DNA of 64,000 nt, taken from contig CAVVJT010000010.1 of the NCBI GenBank assembly GCA_963748625.1, positions 1 through 64,000 on the forward strand, read 5' to 3'. Made by a program: the position numbers and the translations under genes. Numbering within the stretch: position 1 is the stretch's first letter; every line of letters begins with the position of its first letter. Shown here piece after piece: positions 19,612 through 30,393 of the stretch. The notes beneath the pieces were generated by a model. It was not told the origin of the DNA and did no database searches. It saw only the letters and a program-made list of their open reading frames with translations. The DNA comes from an uncultured Chloroflexia bacterium (GTDB lineage Bacteria > Chloroflexota > Limnocylindria > Limnocylindrales > CSP1-4).

Positions 19612-22600
19612 TCAGGCGGGCCGGACGCTCGCCGTCGAGCTCGACGAGCCCGCCCGGGGGCCCCGGAACCTGGTGAGCAGCCAGGCTCCGGCAAGCAGGA
19701 GCAGCCCCAGCCCGAAGAGGACGAGTGCCCGATACGCGACGTCCATGGAGGCCATGTCGATCAGCACGACCTTCGCGATGGCGACGGCGAGCAGCGCGAG
19801 CCCCGCGTGGCGCAGCACCGCCCGACGGCGGGCGAGGCCGATCGCCAGGAGGCTGACCCCGATCGCCGTCCAGCACACCGACAGCGCCACCTGCGCCTGC
19901 TTCGCCAGCTCCTCACCCGGCACCCCCTCCCCGACGCGTCGCGCGAAGACGTCGACCACGGCCACCGAGACGGCGTAGAGGGTGATCAGCCCGGCGCCGG
20001 TCGCAAGCGCGGGTCGGACCCGTGCGGCGATCGGGTCGCGGGAGGCAAGGAGGCTGCCCGCGGCGAGCATCGCGAACGCCGCCATCCATAGCGCGGGCAG
20101 CGCGTCCGGATCGGCGGACACGTACAGGTGCACCGGGGGTGCCACCACGACGAGGCCCACGCCAAGGGCACCGGCCCAGAGCAGGAGCGCCGTTCCCGCG
20201 AAGACGAGCACCTCGGGCCGGTCGCGGCCCTGGCGCCAGAGCGCGACCCCGGCCAGCACGACCCACAGGATCACCACGCCGCTCGCCCCGACCTCGGACG
20301 GCACGAGCCAGGCCGTCACCCCGATGGCTGCGAGCCACGCGATCCGCATGACGCGCACGTCATCCCACCAGCGCGTGGAGGCGATGGCCGATGCGGCCAG
20401 GAGCGCGACCGCCAGCGTGCGCTCATCGGTGAACGGGATCGCGGGCAGCCCGAGCTCGAGCACGAGCGGCCAGCGCGCAGTGGTGTAGAGGGCGGCGGCG
20501 AACCACGGGATCCAGCCAGCGACGGACGCTGACCGCGTGAAGCCGCCCACCCGAGCCAGGCGCGGATACCGGGCGTCCGCGGGCAGGCGGACAAGGACCG
20601 TGTCGAGCACGACCCCCACGGGCAGCAGCACGGCGAGAATCGCGACCAGGGCCGTGCCCTGGACCTGGAAGAGCATGCCCCACCCGAACAGCAGCAGCCC
20701 GATGGCGCCCAGCGCCGAGCGCACCCAGCGCACGGCCACGAGCGCGCCGGCCGCTGCCAGCCCCACCAGGACGATCACCAGCGAGAGCCAGCCCGGGTTC
20801 AGGAACGGCGTGGCCACCGGGGATCCGAGCCCCGCGGGCGAGAGCTCGGCCGCGACGAGGAACAGGATGGCCATGCTGCCGCTGACGAGCGCTCCGCACG
20901 AGGCCGCAGGCAGGGTGACCCAGGACGCCACAGCGGTCAGCCGGGCGGGCGTCCGCGTCCGCTCCAGCAGCCGGTCCGCAACGAGACCAGCAACGGCGGA
21001 GGCGGACAGCACCAGGGCAAGGACCGGCCCGGCCACCTCGAACGGGGCCGCATACGTGACCAGGAGGAGCGCGGACGCCGCGAGGGCCGACCGGATCCAG
21101 CGGACCGGCACGACGGCCATCGCCACGACCAGCGCGACCAGCACGCCACCCAGGGACGCTGCCTCCGGGTGCGCGAGGGCAGGCACGAACCGCTCCGGCG
21201 ACGGAAGCTGGAACAACCAGAACGGGTACTCGACGAGGAGCAGGTGCAGGACCGCGAGTGACCCGAGCGCGAGCGCCGCGAGCGCTGACCAGCGATGGAC
21301 CCGGCGCGCCGCAAGCCAAGCGAGCGCCGTCGCCTCGGCGGCCCAGGCGATGGGAACGGCCGGCGCGCCCAGCTGCACGAACGCTGCAATCGCCAGGAGC
21401 GCGACGCTGGTGCCGGCGACGAGGTTGCCGAACAGGTGCTGCCAGCCCTGGCGGGCCAGGAACCATGCGCCCGCGAGCAGGTGGGCCAGGGCAGCGAGGC
21501 CGATGGCGATCCCGCGCCACGCTTCGAGGCTGCCGTCGAGGGTCACCATGAGCCCCCACAGCAGGAACGTGGCGTTCGCGAGGACGAGGATCGAGCTGGA
21601 CGGCCGCAGGTCGTCACGGCGGATCCGGACCTCTTCACCGGCCGCTGCCACGAGGTTCACCGTCCAGAAGCCGGCCAGCGCGATGAGCGCCTGGACGGGC
21701 ACCGGATCGTCGAGCAGCCAGGAGGCCAGCTGCGGCGCGGCCAGGAGGAACGCGAGCGAGGGAAGCCAGCGCCAGGAGCGGTACAACGCCACGCCCGTGG
21801 TCCCGACCAGCGTCACGGCCACGAACAGCAGCGTGAGCGTGCTTGCGGACGCGCCGGTCAGCGGCGGGGCGGCGAGCGCCGCCACAAGCCCCAGGGCCGC
21901 GACGCTCCGGGCGTCGAACCGGATGGCGACGACCGCCGCGACGACGGCCATCACAAGGGCCATCAGGAGACCCAGCTCGGGCGGGATGAGACCGTAGAGG
22001 CGCGTGGCCGCCATGATCGCGATCGACAGGATTCCCAGGCCCACGCCGGCCAGCACGTTGCCCACCAGGGCGTTGCGCCGGGCGAGCAGAGCGGCACCGC
22101 CGGCGAAGGCGGCCGAGCCCACGGCCAGGCCGATCAGGACACGCATGGGCTCGGTGATCCAGCCCCGACTGAACGCCAGGCTCAGGAAGAACACGGCGGC
22201 GGCGATCAGCGCCCCGCCCCCGATCCAGGCGAGCGCACGTCCCGCGAACCGCTCCTCGAGATCCTTGAGCGTCATGGACGGCTTCGGGGAGATCGTGGGG
22301 GCCGCCGGCATCGCCGCGGTCGGCATGGCCCAGGCCGAGGGCGCCGGGGCCGAGGGCGCCGGGGCCGAGGGCGCCGCGGGCACCGATGCGGCCATCGCGC
22401 GCGCCAGGGCGGGTTGGGCAGGCTGCGGCACGGGCTGCACCCGCACGGATGTCGCGGGTGAGACGCGAATCGGTCGAGCGGCCGCACGGTGGACACCGGG
22501 CGGGGGCGGCGGGAGCAACGGCGCCGGTGCAGGCGCGGACGGCGACACCCCCTGCACCGCGAGGCGCTGCTGCAACTCGTCAAGCCCGCGCTCGACGTGC

Positions 22601-22647
22601 AGGAGGCGCTGCTCGATCGCCTCGAGTCGGGTCGCCTCGTCGTCCAT
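19612..22647 (-). CDS. DUF2339-like polytopic membrane protein
   Basis: N-terminal coiled coil and Pro/Ala linker, LEERFAGRALAWIGG..FFL...WITEPMRV, many TMs, C-terminal KVVLIDMASMDVAYR. Confidence 0.82.
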   Translation of the reverse strand: MDDEATRLEAIEQRLLHVERGLDELQQRLAVQGVSPSAPAPAPLLPPPPPGVHRAAARPIRVSPATSVRVQPVPQPAQPALARAMAASVPAAPSAPAPSAPAPSAWAMPTAAMPAAPTISPKPSMTLKDLEERFAGRALAWIGGGALIAAAVFFLSLAFSRGWITEPMRVLIGLAVGSAAFAGGAALLARRNALVGNVLAGVGLGILSIAIMAATRLYGLIPPELGLLMALVMAVVAAVVAIRFDARSVAALGLVAALAAPPLTGASASTLTLLFVAVTLVGTTGVALYRSWRWLPSLAFLLAAPQLASWLLDDPVPVQALIALAGFWTVNLVAAAGEEVRIRRDDLRPSSSILVLANATFLLWGLMVTLDGSLEAWRGIAIGLAALAHLLAGAWFLARQGWQHLFGNLVAGTSVALLAIAAFVQLGAPAVPIAWAAEATALAWLAARRVHRWSALAALALGSLAVLHLLLVEYPFWLFQLPSPERFVPALAHPEAASLGGVLVALVVAMAVVPVRWIRSALAASALLLVTYAAPFEVAGPVLALVLSASAVAGLVADRLLERTRTPARLTAVASWVTLPAASCGALVSGSMAILFLVAAELSPAGLGSPVATPFLNPGWLSLVIVLVGLAAAGALVAVRWVRSALGAIGLLLFGWGMLFQVQGTALVAILAVLLPVGVVLDTVLVRLPADARYPRLARVGGFTRSASVAGWIPWFAAALYTTARWPLVLELGLPAIPFTDERTLAVALLAASAIASTRWWDDVRVMRIAWLAAIGVTAWLVPSEVGASGVVILWVVLAGVALWRQGRDRPEVLVFAGTALLLWAGALGVGLVVVAPPVHLYVSADPDALPALWMAAFAMLAAGSLLASRDPIAARVRPALATGAGLITLYAVSVAVVDVFARRVGEGVPGEELAKQAQVALSVCWTAIGVSLLAIGLARRRAVLRHAGLALLAVAIAKVVLIDMASMDVAYRALVLFGLGLLLLAGAWLLTRFRGPRAGSSSSTASVRPA

Positions 22648-22762
22648 CGTGGTCCCTCCGCTCCAGTCCCCGGAAGCGATGACGCACGCAGGTGCCTGAC
22701 GTGACACCACCGACCGATGCGGGATGACGGTGCGCCGGGCCCTGCACCCGGCGCAAGAGGCT

Positions 22763-24616
22763 TCAGGCCTCGAGGTGGGCCTTGATCCGCTCGGCGAGGG
22801 CCCGGCCGATGCCCGGGACAGCCGCGATCTGCTCCACCGGCGCCTCGCGCACCCGTTTTGCGGAGCCGAACACCTTGAGCAACTCGCGCTTGCGCTTGGG
22901 ACCGACGCCGGGCAGGTCGTCGAAGGCGGACTTCCGCGTGCCCCGGCCTCGCAGGCTGCGGTGGTAGGTGATCGCGAACCGGTGGGCCTCGTCCCGCAGG
23001 CGCTGGACCAGGTACAGCGCCTGCGATGTCGCCGGCAGCACCACGGGCTCTGCGCGATCTGGGCGGATGAGCTCCTCGCGCTCCTTGGCGAGGCCGACCA
23101 TCGGCAGGTCCCCCAGCCCGAGCTCGTCGAGCACCTCCTTGGCCGCGCTCACCTGGCCGCGGCCGCCGTCGATGATCACGAGATCCGGCATCGCCCAGCG
23201 GCGTGCCTCCTCGATCCCCTCCTCGCCCGCCTTCGTCCCGCGGAACCTGCGGCGCAGGACCTCCTGGTGGCTGGCGAAGTCGTTCGGGCCCTGGACGGTC
23301 TTGATCTGGAAGCGGCGGTACTCCCCGGTACGCGGGCGCCCTTCCTCGAACACCACCATCGAGCCGACAGACTGGGCGCCCTGGAAGTTGGAGATGTCGT
23401 AGCACTCGATGCGCATCGGTGGTCCGGGAAGCTCGAGCGCCGCCGCGAGCTCGGTCAGCGCCCCGAGCGTCCGGCCCTCGTCCGCGAGCCACCGCGCAGC
23501 CTCGCGAGCCAGGGATTCGTGGGCGTTGCGCGTGGCCAGGTCCATGAGCTCGCGCTTCTCACCCCGCTGCGGCGTGCGGAGCCGCACGAGGCTGCCCCGG
23601 CGCGTGGAGAGGAACGCTTCGAGATCCGCCGTGTCCGCCAGCGACCGCGGCACCAGGACCTCCCTGGGGATGCTCGTCGCCCGCGAGTAGTACTGCTCCA
23701 GGAACGCGCCGAGCACCGCGTCATCGGGCTCGTCGTGGTGGGCGTCGAGGAAGAACACGTCGCGGCCCAGCATCTTGCCGTTGCGCACGACGAACAGCTG
23801 GACAGCAGCCTGGTCGTCCTTGCGGGCCATCGCGACAAGGTCGAGCTCGGTCCGCGCGAACGCGGCCATCTTCTGGCTCTCCATCGTCCGCTCGATCGCA
23901 CGGACCTTGTCCCGGACGATCGCCGCCTTCTCGTACTGCTCGGCTTCGGAGGCCACGTGCATCTCGTGGCGCAGCCCTTCGAGCAGGGTGTCCGCGTTGC
24001 CCTCCAGGAACAGCTCCACCTGGGCGATGTCGCGCCTGTAGGCGATCTTGGGGACGGCCTCCACGCAGGGGCCCTGGCAGCGTTTGATGTGGTACAGCAG
24101 GCACGGCCGGGCGAGCGCCCGCTCCCCTTCCCGGATGTCGAGCGTGCACGTCCGGAACGGGAAGAGCCGCCGCACCAGGTTCATCGCCTCGTCGACGCTG
24201 CTCGCGGAGGCGTACGGGCCGAAGTACCGGGAGCCGTCGCTGAGCAGCTTGCGCGTGCGCTCCACGCGCGGGAAGTCGTCAGCGAGCGTGATCTTGATGT
24301 ACGGGTAGCTCTTGTCGTCCTTGAGGCGGACGTTGAAGCGCGGCTTGTAGCGCTTGATCAGGTTCGCCTCGAGCAGGAGCGCCTCGCTGACCGAGTCCAC
24401 CTCGGTCACCTCGAGGTCGACGACACGGTCGATCGCCTGCCGGATGCGGTGGAAGCCCTCCCCGCGCGGCTCCTGCTTCTGCCAGTAGCTCCGGACGCGG
24501 CTGCGCAGGCTCTGCGCCTTGCCCACGTACAGGACCTCGCCCCGCGCGTCCTTCATCAGGTACACGCCGGGCCGGTCGGGCAGCGTAGCGAGCGTGGCTT
24601 TGAGCTCCGGAGTCAC
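22763..24616 (-). CDS. uvrC: Excinuclease ABC subunit C
   Basis: GIY-YIG (PGVYLM..LYVGKA), LKDDKSYPY, ECYDISN, IDGGRGQ, RDEAHRFA, HhH. Confidence 0.97.
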   Translation of the reverse strand: MTPELKATLATLPDRPGVYLMKDARGEVLYVGKAQSLRSRVRSYWQKQEPRGEGFHRIRQAIDRVVDLEVTEVDSVSEALLLEANLIKRYKPRFNVRLKDDKSYPYIKITLADDFPRVERTRKLLSDGSRYFGPYASASSVDEAMNLVRRLFPFRTCTLDIREGERALARPCLLYHIKRCQGPCVEAVPKIAYRRDIAQVELFLEGNADTLLEGLRHEMHVASEAEQYEKAAIVRDKVRAIERTMESQKMAAFARTELDLVAMARKDDQAAVQLFVVRNGKMLGRDVFFLDAHHDEPDDAVLGAFLEQYYSRATSIPREVLVPRSLADTADLEAFLSTRRGSLVRLRTPQRGEKRELMDLATRNAHESLAREAARWLADEGRTLGALTELAAALELPGPPMRIECYDISNFQGAQSVGSMVVFEEGRPRTGEYRRFQIKTVQGPNDFASHQEVLRRRFRGTKAGEEGIEEARRWAMPDLVIIDGGRGQVSAAKEVLDELGLGDLPMVGLAKEREELIRPDRAEPVVLPATSQALYLVQRLRDEAHRFAITYHRSLRGRGTRKSAFDDLPGVGPKRKRELLKVFGSAKRVREAPVEQIAAVPGIGRALAERIKAHLEA

Positions 24617-24639
24617 CTGCCGATTATCGACTGAATCGA

Positions 24640-24665
24640 GAGGCCGGCCCTGACGGGCCGGCCTC
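24640..24665. terminator. Hairpin terminator after the nucleotidase gene
   Basis: Perfect 11-bp stem GAGGCCGGCCC-tgac-GGGCCGGCCTC. Confidence 0.6.
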
Positions 24666-24705
24666 CGTCGTGTGGCCCGGGACGAGTCCGCCCCGGGCGG
24701 CAGCG

Positions 24706-27700
24706 CTAGAGGTGGTTGATCACGTACTTGGCGTCGGTGATGAGCAGTGTCGCCGCCGCCGGCGTGATGGACTTGCCGGACTGCGCCCGGACCAGGTTGA
24801 TGAAGGCGTTGAGCTGGTTGACGGCCGCCTTCTTCTTGCCCGCCGCCATGCTGGCCTTGGCCGCGGAGAGCTTGTCGAGCAGGCTGTCACGGACGCTCAT
24901 CCTGGTGATGGCGCCCTCGGCATAGAGCCGCTTGACGGACAGCTTCAGGCCGTAGATCGAGGTCTTGACGGTGAACGAGACCTGGGCAGTCGTGGCGTTC
25001 CCGTAGTCATCGGTGGCAGTCACGGCGAGCGTGTGCGCGCCGAGGGCCAGCGTGTGAAGGTCGATGCTGGTCGACATCGTCGGAGTGCCGTCGAGCTTGA
25101 CCACGACGGAGGCGACCCCCGACGTCGCATCGGTCGCCGTGTAGCTGATCGGCACCACCTTCGCATGCAGGTAGGCCTTCGCCTCGGGTGACGTGATGTC
25201 GACGACGGGTCCCTCGGTATCGGCGAACACGAGGCGCCCCTCGATCTTCGGGGCGATCGGCGCCGTCTGCGCCTGGACGTACTCGATGACGGCGTCACGC
25301 ACGTAGTACTGCGTGTCTGCCGCAATCTGGTCGAGCGGCCAGAGGCTCTTGCCGCTGTCGGAGAAGTTGCAGGCACCGGCCGCGAGGTAGTTCACGGTCG
25401 AGACTCGGTAGAACTTGGACGCATCGGCGAAGTCGACCGCCTGGTCCCCGATCTTGAGCGCGACGACGTTGTTGCCGTCCGGGAGCTCTGGCGCCATGTC
25501 GCGGTACTGGATCTGGTTCCCGAAGTCCGTGTCGAGCATGCAGGTCGTGTAATACGAGTACCCGCCGTAGCCGTCCACGTACTTGTAGTAGTAGTAGTTG
25601 CGATAGGCCCGCTCGAGGACCGCCTTGAGCTGTGGCCCGTTCATGTCGAGGACGACCAGCGAGTTCTCGTACGGCATCGCCGAGAACATGTCGCTGACCT
25701 TGAGGCTGTAGGGCGCGTCGGCGGGTCGCGGCCGCCGCGATCCTGCTGTTGGTCATCGCACCCGAGAGGTGGACGTCAACCGGGATGCCCTCGCTCTCGA
25801 GCTTCCAGACCGCGGAGTCGGCCTGGAGGTTCGCACCGTTGGTCTCCTGCGTGAACGCCGGAGAGGGCGTCGATCGGCACCTTGGTGGAGCCGATCACGG
25901 TGTTGTTGTAGGTGTTGATCAACGCCTGGTACGGCGCAACCAGCGCGACGATCGCCGGATCCTCGACACCGGTTGCCGAGACCGGGATGTACCGGCCGGC
26001 GCTGGACACGACCTTGTAGCCGCCGCTGCCGTCCGGCAGCAGGCCGAGCGAGACCTCGCCCAGGTTCGTGTTGTAGCGGTAGGCCTGGGTGACGATCACC
26101 GGATCGTTCTCAGGGTTGGCCACGAACGTCGGCAGGAACTTGTAGTCCCCGAAGCCGCTGACCGGGTTGGTGTGGCTGTGACCGCCGATGATGGCGTCCA
26201 CGCCGCTGACCTGGCCCGCGAAGTAGGTGTCGACGTTGTTGTCGACCTCGACGCTCGCCGGGTTGGTCGTGAACCCGATGTGGGTCAGTGCAACCACGAC
26301 GTCGTTGCCCGCCTGGAGCACCGGCGCGAGGTCCTTGCCGGCCTTGATCGGGTCCGTGAAGGTCAGGCCCGGGATGTTGCTCGGCAGCTCGTAGCTCGGA
26401 ACGCGGTGGTTGCCGATGCCCAGGATCGCGACCTTGATGCCCTCGGGCCCGACGGTCTTCGTCGTGTAGGGCTCAACGGGCACGGCCGCGAGGCCGTACG
26501 CGCCGGTGTCGGTGATGTTCGCCTGGAGGACCGGGAAGTCAGCCTGGGCCAGGGTGCCGAAGACGTCCTTGCCGAAGTTGAACTCGTGGTTGCCGAGCGT
26601 CCACGCGTCGTAGCCGACGGCATTGAAGGCCTTGATCAGCGGGTTGATGCTCATCTCGGGGGACAGCGCTGTGCCGTCGGCCGCGTACCCGAGTCCCGCG
26701 GACTTGAAGTAGTACATCATCGAGTCACCCTGGACGTTGTCGCCCGCGGTGACCAGCAGGGTGCGGCTCGCGTTGTGCAGCCGCTCCTGGTTGATGAGCG
26801 TGACCAGCTGGCTGTAGCCCTGGTATGTCCCCGACTTCACGAGCCGGCCGTGCGAGTCGTTGTGGTGGAGGATCGTGAGCGGGACGACCTCGCCGGCCTC
26901 GTAGGCGTCGTTGCCGTTGCCGTTGCGGGTGATCCGGCCGTCGAGCGTGCCGTCACCATCGGGACCCTTGTACGGGTTGGCCGCCGTGTACGTGGCGCTC
27001 ACGTACGAGTTGACGGCGTTGAGCATGTCGCCCCAGTACGTGATGTTCTTCATGTACTTGAAGGGCACGTAGCCGTCCTGGCCTGCGGGGGCGAGGAACT
27101 CGTTGGTGCCGACCTTGTACGTCTTCGCGGCGTCGAGCGGCTCCCACGCGTGGGTGGCCTTGCTGTAGACCTCGACGTCGTAGGCGCCCCAGCCGTACGG
27201 CTGCGGTCCGGGCTGGGCGTCGCTGTAGCGGAAGAACTTGTAGCGGATGCCCGACGGCTGGATCGCGCCCTTGAACAGGGTCGCGGACTGGTTGAGCAGG
27301 TCGTAGACCTGGGCACCGGTCATCGTGCCCGACCGCCGTCGCGTTGCCGAACGGCAGGATCTGGAACATCTGCCCGTAGGTCAGGAGCATGGGATCGTGC
27401 GTCCACAGCCCCTCCTTCTGGCAATCGGCGGCCGTGCCTGTCCAGATGTAGGTACCCGGGTTCGCGGGGTCCTCCTTGTCGCACCAGTCGACGCGGATGC
27501 CGCCCGCGTTGTTGAAGAACATGTCGACGTCATTGGTTGTCTCGACGTCGGTGTTCAGGGCGCCGTAGATCGCGTCGTCCACGAAGTCGCCCATCATGTT
27601 GTCGCCGTTGTAGTCGCGCAGCAGGTCGACCTGCGAGTACCCGACCGGCGTGTTGATCAGCGCCTGGTAGGCCGGGTCGTTCGCATAGCCGTCGACCAGC

Positions 27701-28697
27701 GCCTTGATCACCGGATCCTGCGGGTCGGAGGTACCGACGACGAGGCGGCTCCAGGCCACCGCGACGGAGCCGTCGGGATTGACCGTGAAGTCCGCCCGGC
27801 CGACCTTCCGGCCCGCATAGTGCGCCTGGGCGACGAGCGTGTTGCCGACCTTGGTTGCGGTCGTCACATCCGTGTGGCTGTGCCCACCGATGATCAGGTT
27901 GGCGGGCTTGCCGGCGTCGTTGAGCTTCTGGGCCAGGGTCTGATCGCCGTACACCGTGAACCCGTAGCCGTAGCCGCCGTCCGTGTAGCCGTGGTGGCTC
28001 AGGACGACGACGACGTCAGCTCCGCGGCCTCCAGGGCGTCGTAGTAGTGGAGGATCGACTCGGCCGGGTCACGGAAGCAGAGCCCCTCGGTCGCCTCGGC
28101 AATCGTGATGTAGGGCGTCTCGCTCAGGGCCGACACCGATGACGCCGACCTTGACGTCATTGGGCGCGGTGCCGATCGTGAACGACCTCGTATGGCGTCG
28201 TTCGGGTTGAAGGGCTCCCACGTGCAGGCGCCGCCCGCGTCCTTCTTGGTGATGTTGGAGGTGATCATCTGCATCGGCTTCTCGTCGGCGGTGGCGACGG
28301 CCTCCGCCTGCGCGATGCGATCACCGAGGACCGTCTGGCCCCAGTCGAACTCGTGGTTCCCGAAGGTCGCGCCATTGAAGCCAAGCGTCGGTAGTAGTCG
28401 ATCGTGGGGAGGCCCTGCGGTGGGGATGTTGGAGAGCAGGCTGCCCTGCATCATGTCCCCGGCGTCGAACGAGGAGGACCTTGTCCGCCCCGACGGCAGT
28501 CCGGACCTCGTTCACCGAATTGGCGACGCGGGCGCGCCGGGTTCGACCCGGCCGGCTCGAGGCTGCCCGTGGAAGTCATTCGTGTGCAGGATGGAGAAGG
28601 AGACCGCTGCCGCCGGAGCCGCGGCCGCGGGCGCCGCAACGGCCCCCGTCAGCAGGGCGACGGCGACCACGGGCATCAGGAATTGGGAACGCCTCAC
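24706..28697 (-). pseudogene. Large secreted tandem 5'-nucleotidase/2',3'-cyclic phosphodiesterase (YfkN/CpdB-like) with C-terminal Ig and FIMAH-like domains; multiply frameshifted (pseudogene or assembly error)
   Basis: Signal peptide + ILHTNDFHG; DAGD; GNHEFDWG; IIGGHSH; NAGGIR; a second unit with HHNDSHG, AGDN, GNHEFNFG, GGHSH; pieces lie in different frames. Confidence 0.8.
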
Positions 28698-28890
28698 GTG
28701 GGCAACCTCCGAGGCGAGGGGCACGCAGGACGCTGCCGACCGATCCCTCGACGGCCGGGCTTTGTGGCGACCCTAGTCGCTCAGCTCACCGTCGGATACG
28801 GCCATTTGGCGGTTCGGTTGGGTCCGGACGGGCCGGGAGACGTTGGGAGTGGTGCCAGGGCGCACCACCGCCGGCCGTGCGACAGGGGCG

Positions 28891-29202
28891 TCACCGCTTT
28901 CTGCCTACCCGAACCGTCGTCGCGAGGAGCCCGCTCATCGCCATCGTGGCGAGCACGAGCAGCAGCAGCGGGCCCTGCGCGGGCGCCACGGGCTCCCCGA
29001 TCGGGTCGCTGTCCGTCGGCGAGTCAACCGTCTGGTTGACGCCCGTGTAGACGATACGGGGCGCGGTGATCGTCGAGTCCCCGGCCGCCACGGGCGACAC
29101 CGCGAGCGATGCCACGAGTGCGGCGGCGGTCATGCCCGCCAGGATCCGCCGACCGATGCTCCGACGCTCGCGACCGAACGCCGGCCGCGTCTGCCACGCC
29201 AA
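28891..29202 (-). CDS. Small exported protein with C-terminal membrane anchor/sorting-like signal
   Basis: GGGAGGG RBS before TTG; GRR + hydrophobic signal ending VAA; SPTDS, hydrophobic helix, RVGRKR tail. Confidence 0.55.
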   Translation of the reverse strand: MAWQTRPAFGRERRSIGRRILAGMTAAALVASLAVSPVAAGDSTITAPRIVYTGVNQTVDSPTDSDPIGEPVAPAQGPLLLLVLATMAMSGLLATTVRVGRKR

Positions 29203-29324
29203 TGCACGACCCTCCCAGACGGCGTCGCCATCCGGAGGGACGCCGTTCGGCGGAGTCTGGCAGGACGCCCAGAACCGGGTCAACGCGACATTCGACGCGC
29301 CCGAGCCGTGCGGGGCCAGGCCAG

Positions 29325-30103
29325 TCAGTCGCCTTTGAACGCCGGGCGCCGCTTCTCCATGAAGGCGCGCAGGCCCTCCTGGTAGTCGTCCGAGTCGTAG
29401 ACCTCGCGGCGCAGGGACTGGATGCGCTCGTGGGCCTCGGGCGTCATCGGGTGGGCGTCGGCGAGGACCCGGAGCTCCTCCTTCATGACCTGGTGGACCA
29501 GCGGCGGCCGGTGGCGATGTCGGCGGCAAGCTCCGCGGTGGTGTTCTCGAGCTCCTGGCTGGGCACGACGCTGTTGACGACGCCGTACGCCGCCATCCGG
29601 CCCGCCGCGATCGGGCGCGCCGTGAACAGCATCTCCTTGACGAAGTGCAGGTCGGCGACCTTGAGCAGGTTGAGGGTGCCCGAGAGGTTGTAGGGCACGC
29701 CGAGCCGAGCGGGCGTGATGGCGAAGGTGGCCTCGGATGCAGCAACGATCAGGTCGCAGGAGAGCACCAGCTCGCAGGCGCCGCCCCAGACCGACCCGCC
29801 GACCATCGCGATCACGGGCGTCGGGTGGGCCTCGATCTGGCGGATGGTCTTGCGCAGCGGATCCGAGTAGGTGAGCGGGTCGCGGCCGTTGCGGGGCAGC
29901 TCGCGGATGTCGTGGCCGGCCGAGAAGATGTGGGCGTCGGGATCGGCGCGCAGGACGACCACGCGGACATCCGGGGGCTGCTGCTGCGCAAGCGCGGCGC
30001 CAATCTTGCCGAGCAGCGATGCGTTCAGGGCATTGACCGGCGGGTTGCTGAAGGTGATCCACGCGATCGAGTCGCGGACCTGGACCTGGACTTTGGCGGG
30101 CAT
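29325..30103 (-). CDS. scpB: Methylmalonyl-CoA decarboxylase (crotonase fold), frameshift near 29505
   Basis: FSAGHDIRELP..RDPLTYSDPLR, GSVWGGACE; after the shift, KEELRVLADAHPM..ERIQSLRREVYDSDDYQEG, recalled as close to E. coli ScpB. Confidence 0.85.
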
Positions 30104-30393
30104 CGGGATGGGTCTCCGGTCCGGCGAGGGCGGTGGGGGTGCCGGGCCTGGAGCCAGTGTGGGGTGCGGCAGCCGATGGCGTGTGGGCCGACCCGCGTGC
30201 GTTCGGGGGCCATGGGTGGCGGCGTTCGGGGGCCGGGTGACCCGGTTGGCCGGGACCCGTGGCTGCTCGACGGTCGGCCTTGGGGCTGGGGCGGCCTCGA
30301 CGGAGGCGGTCCGGTCTGCGTGCATCCCCGTCATCTCGCATCCCGGTCATATCGTCTAAGCCGGAGGTGAGCGGCGGCCGTCATCGTTGCGGC

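Noticed and set aside
25689-28560. Programmed frameshifting or phase variation in the nucleotidase
   Set aside because: Too many scattered indels, with no slippery heptamers or long homopolymers; consensus error is more parsimonious
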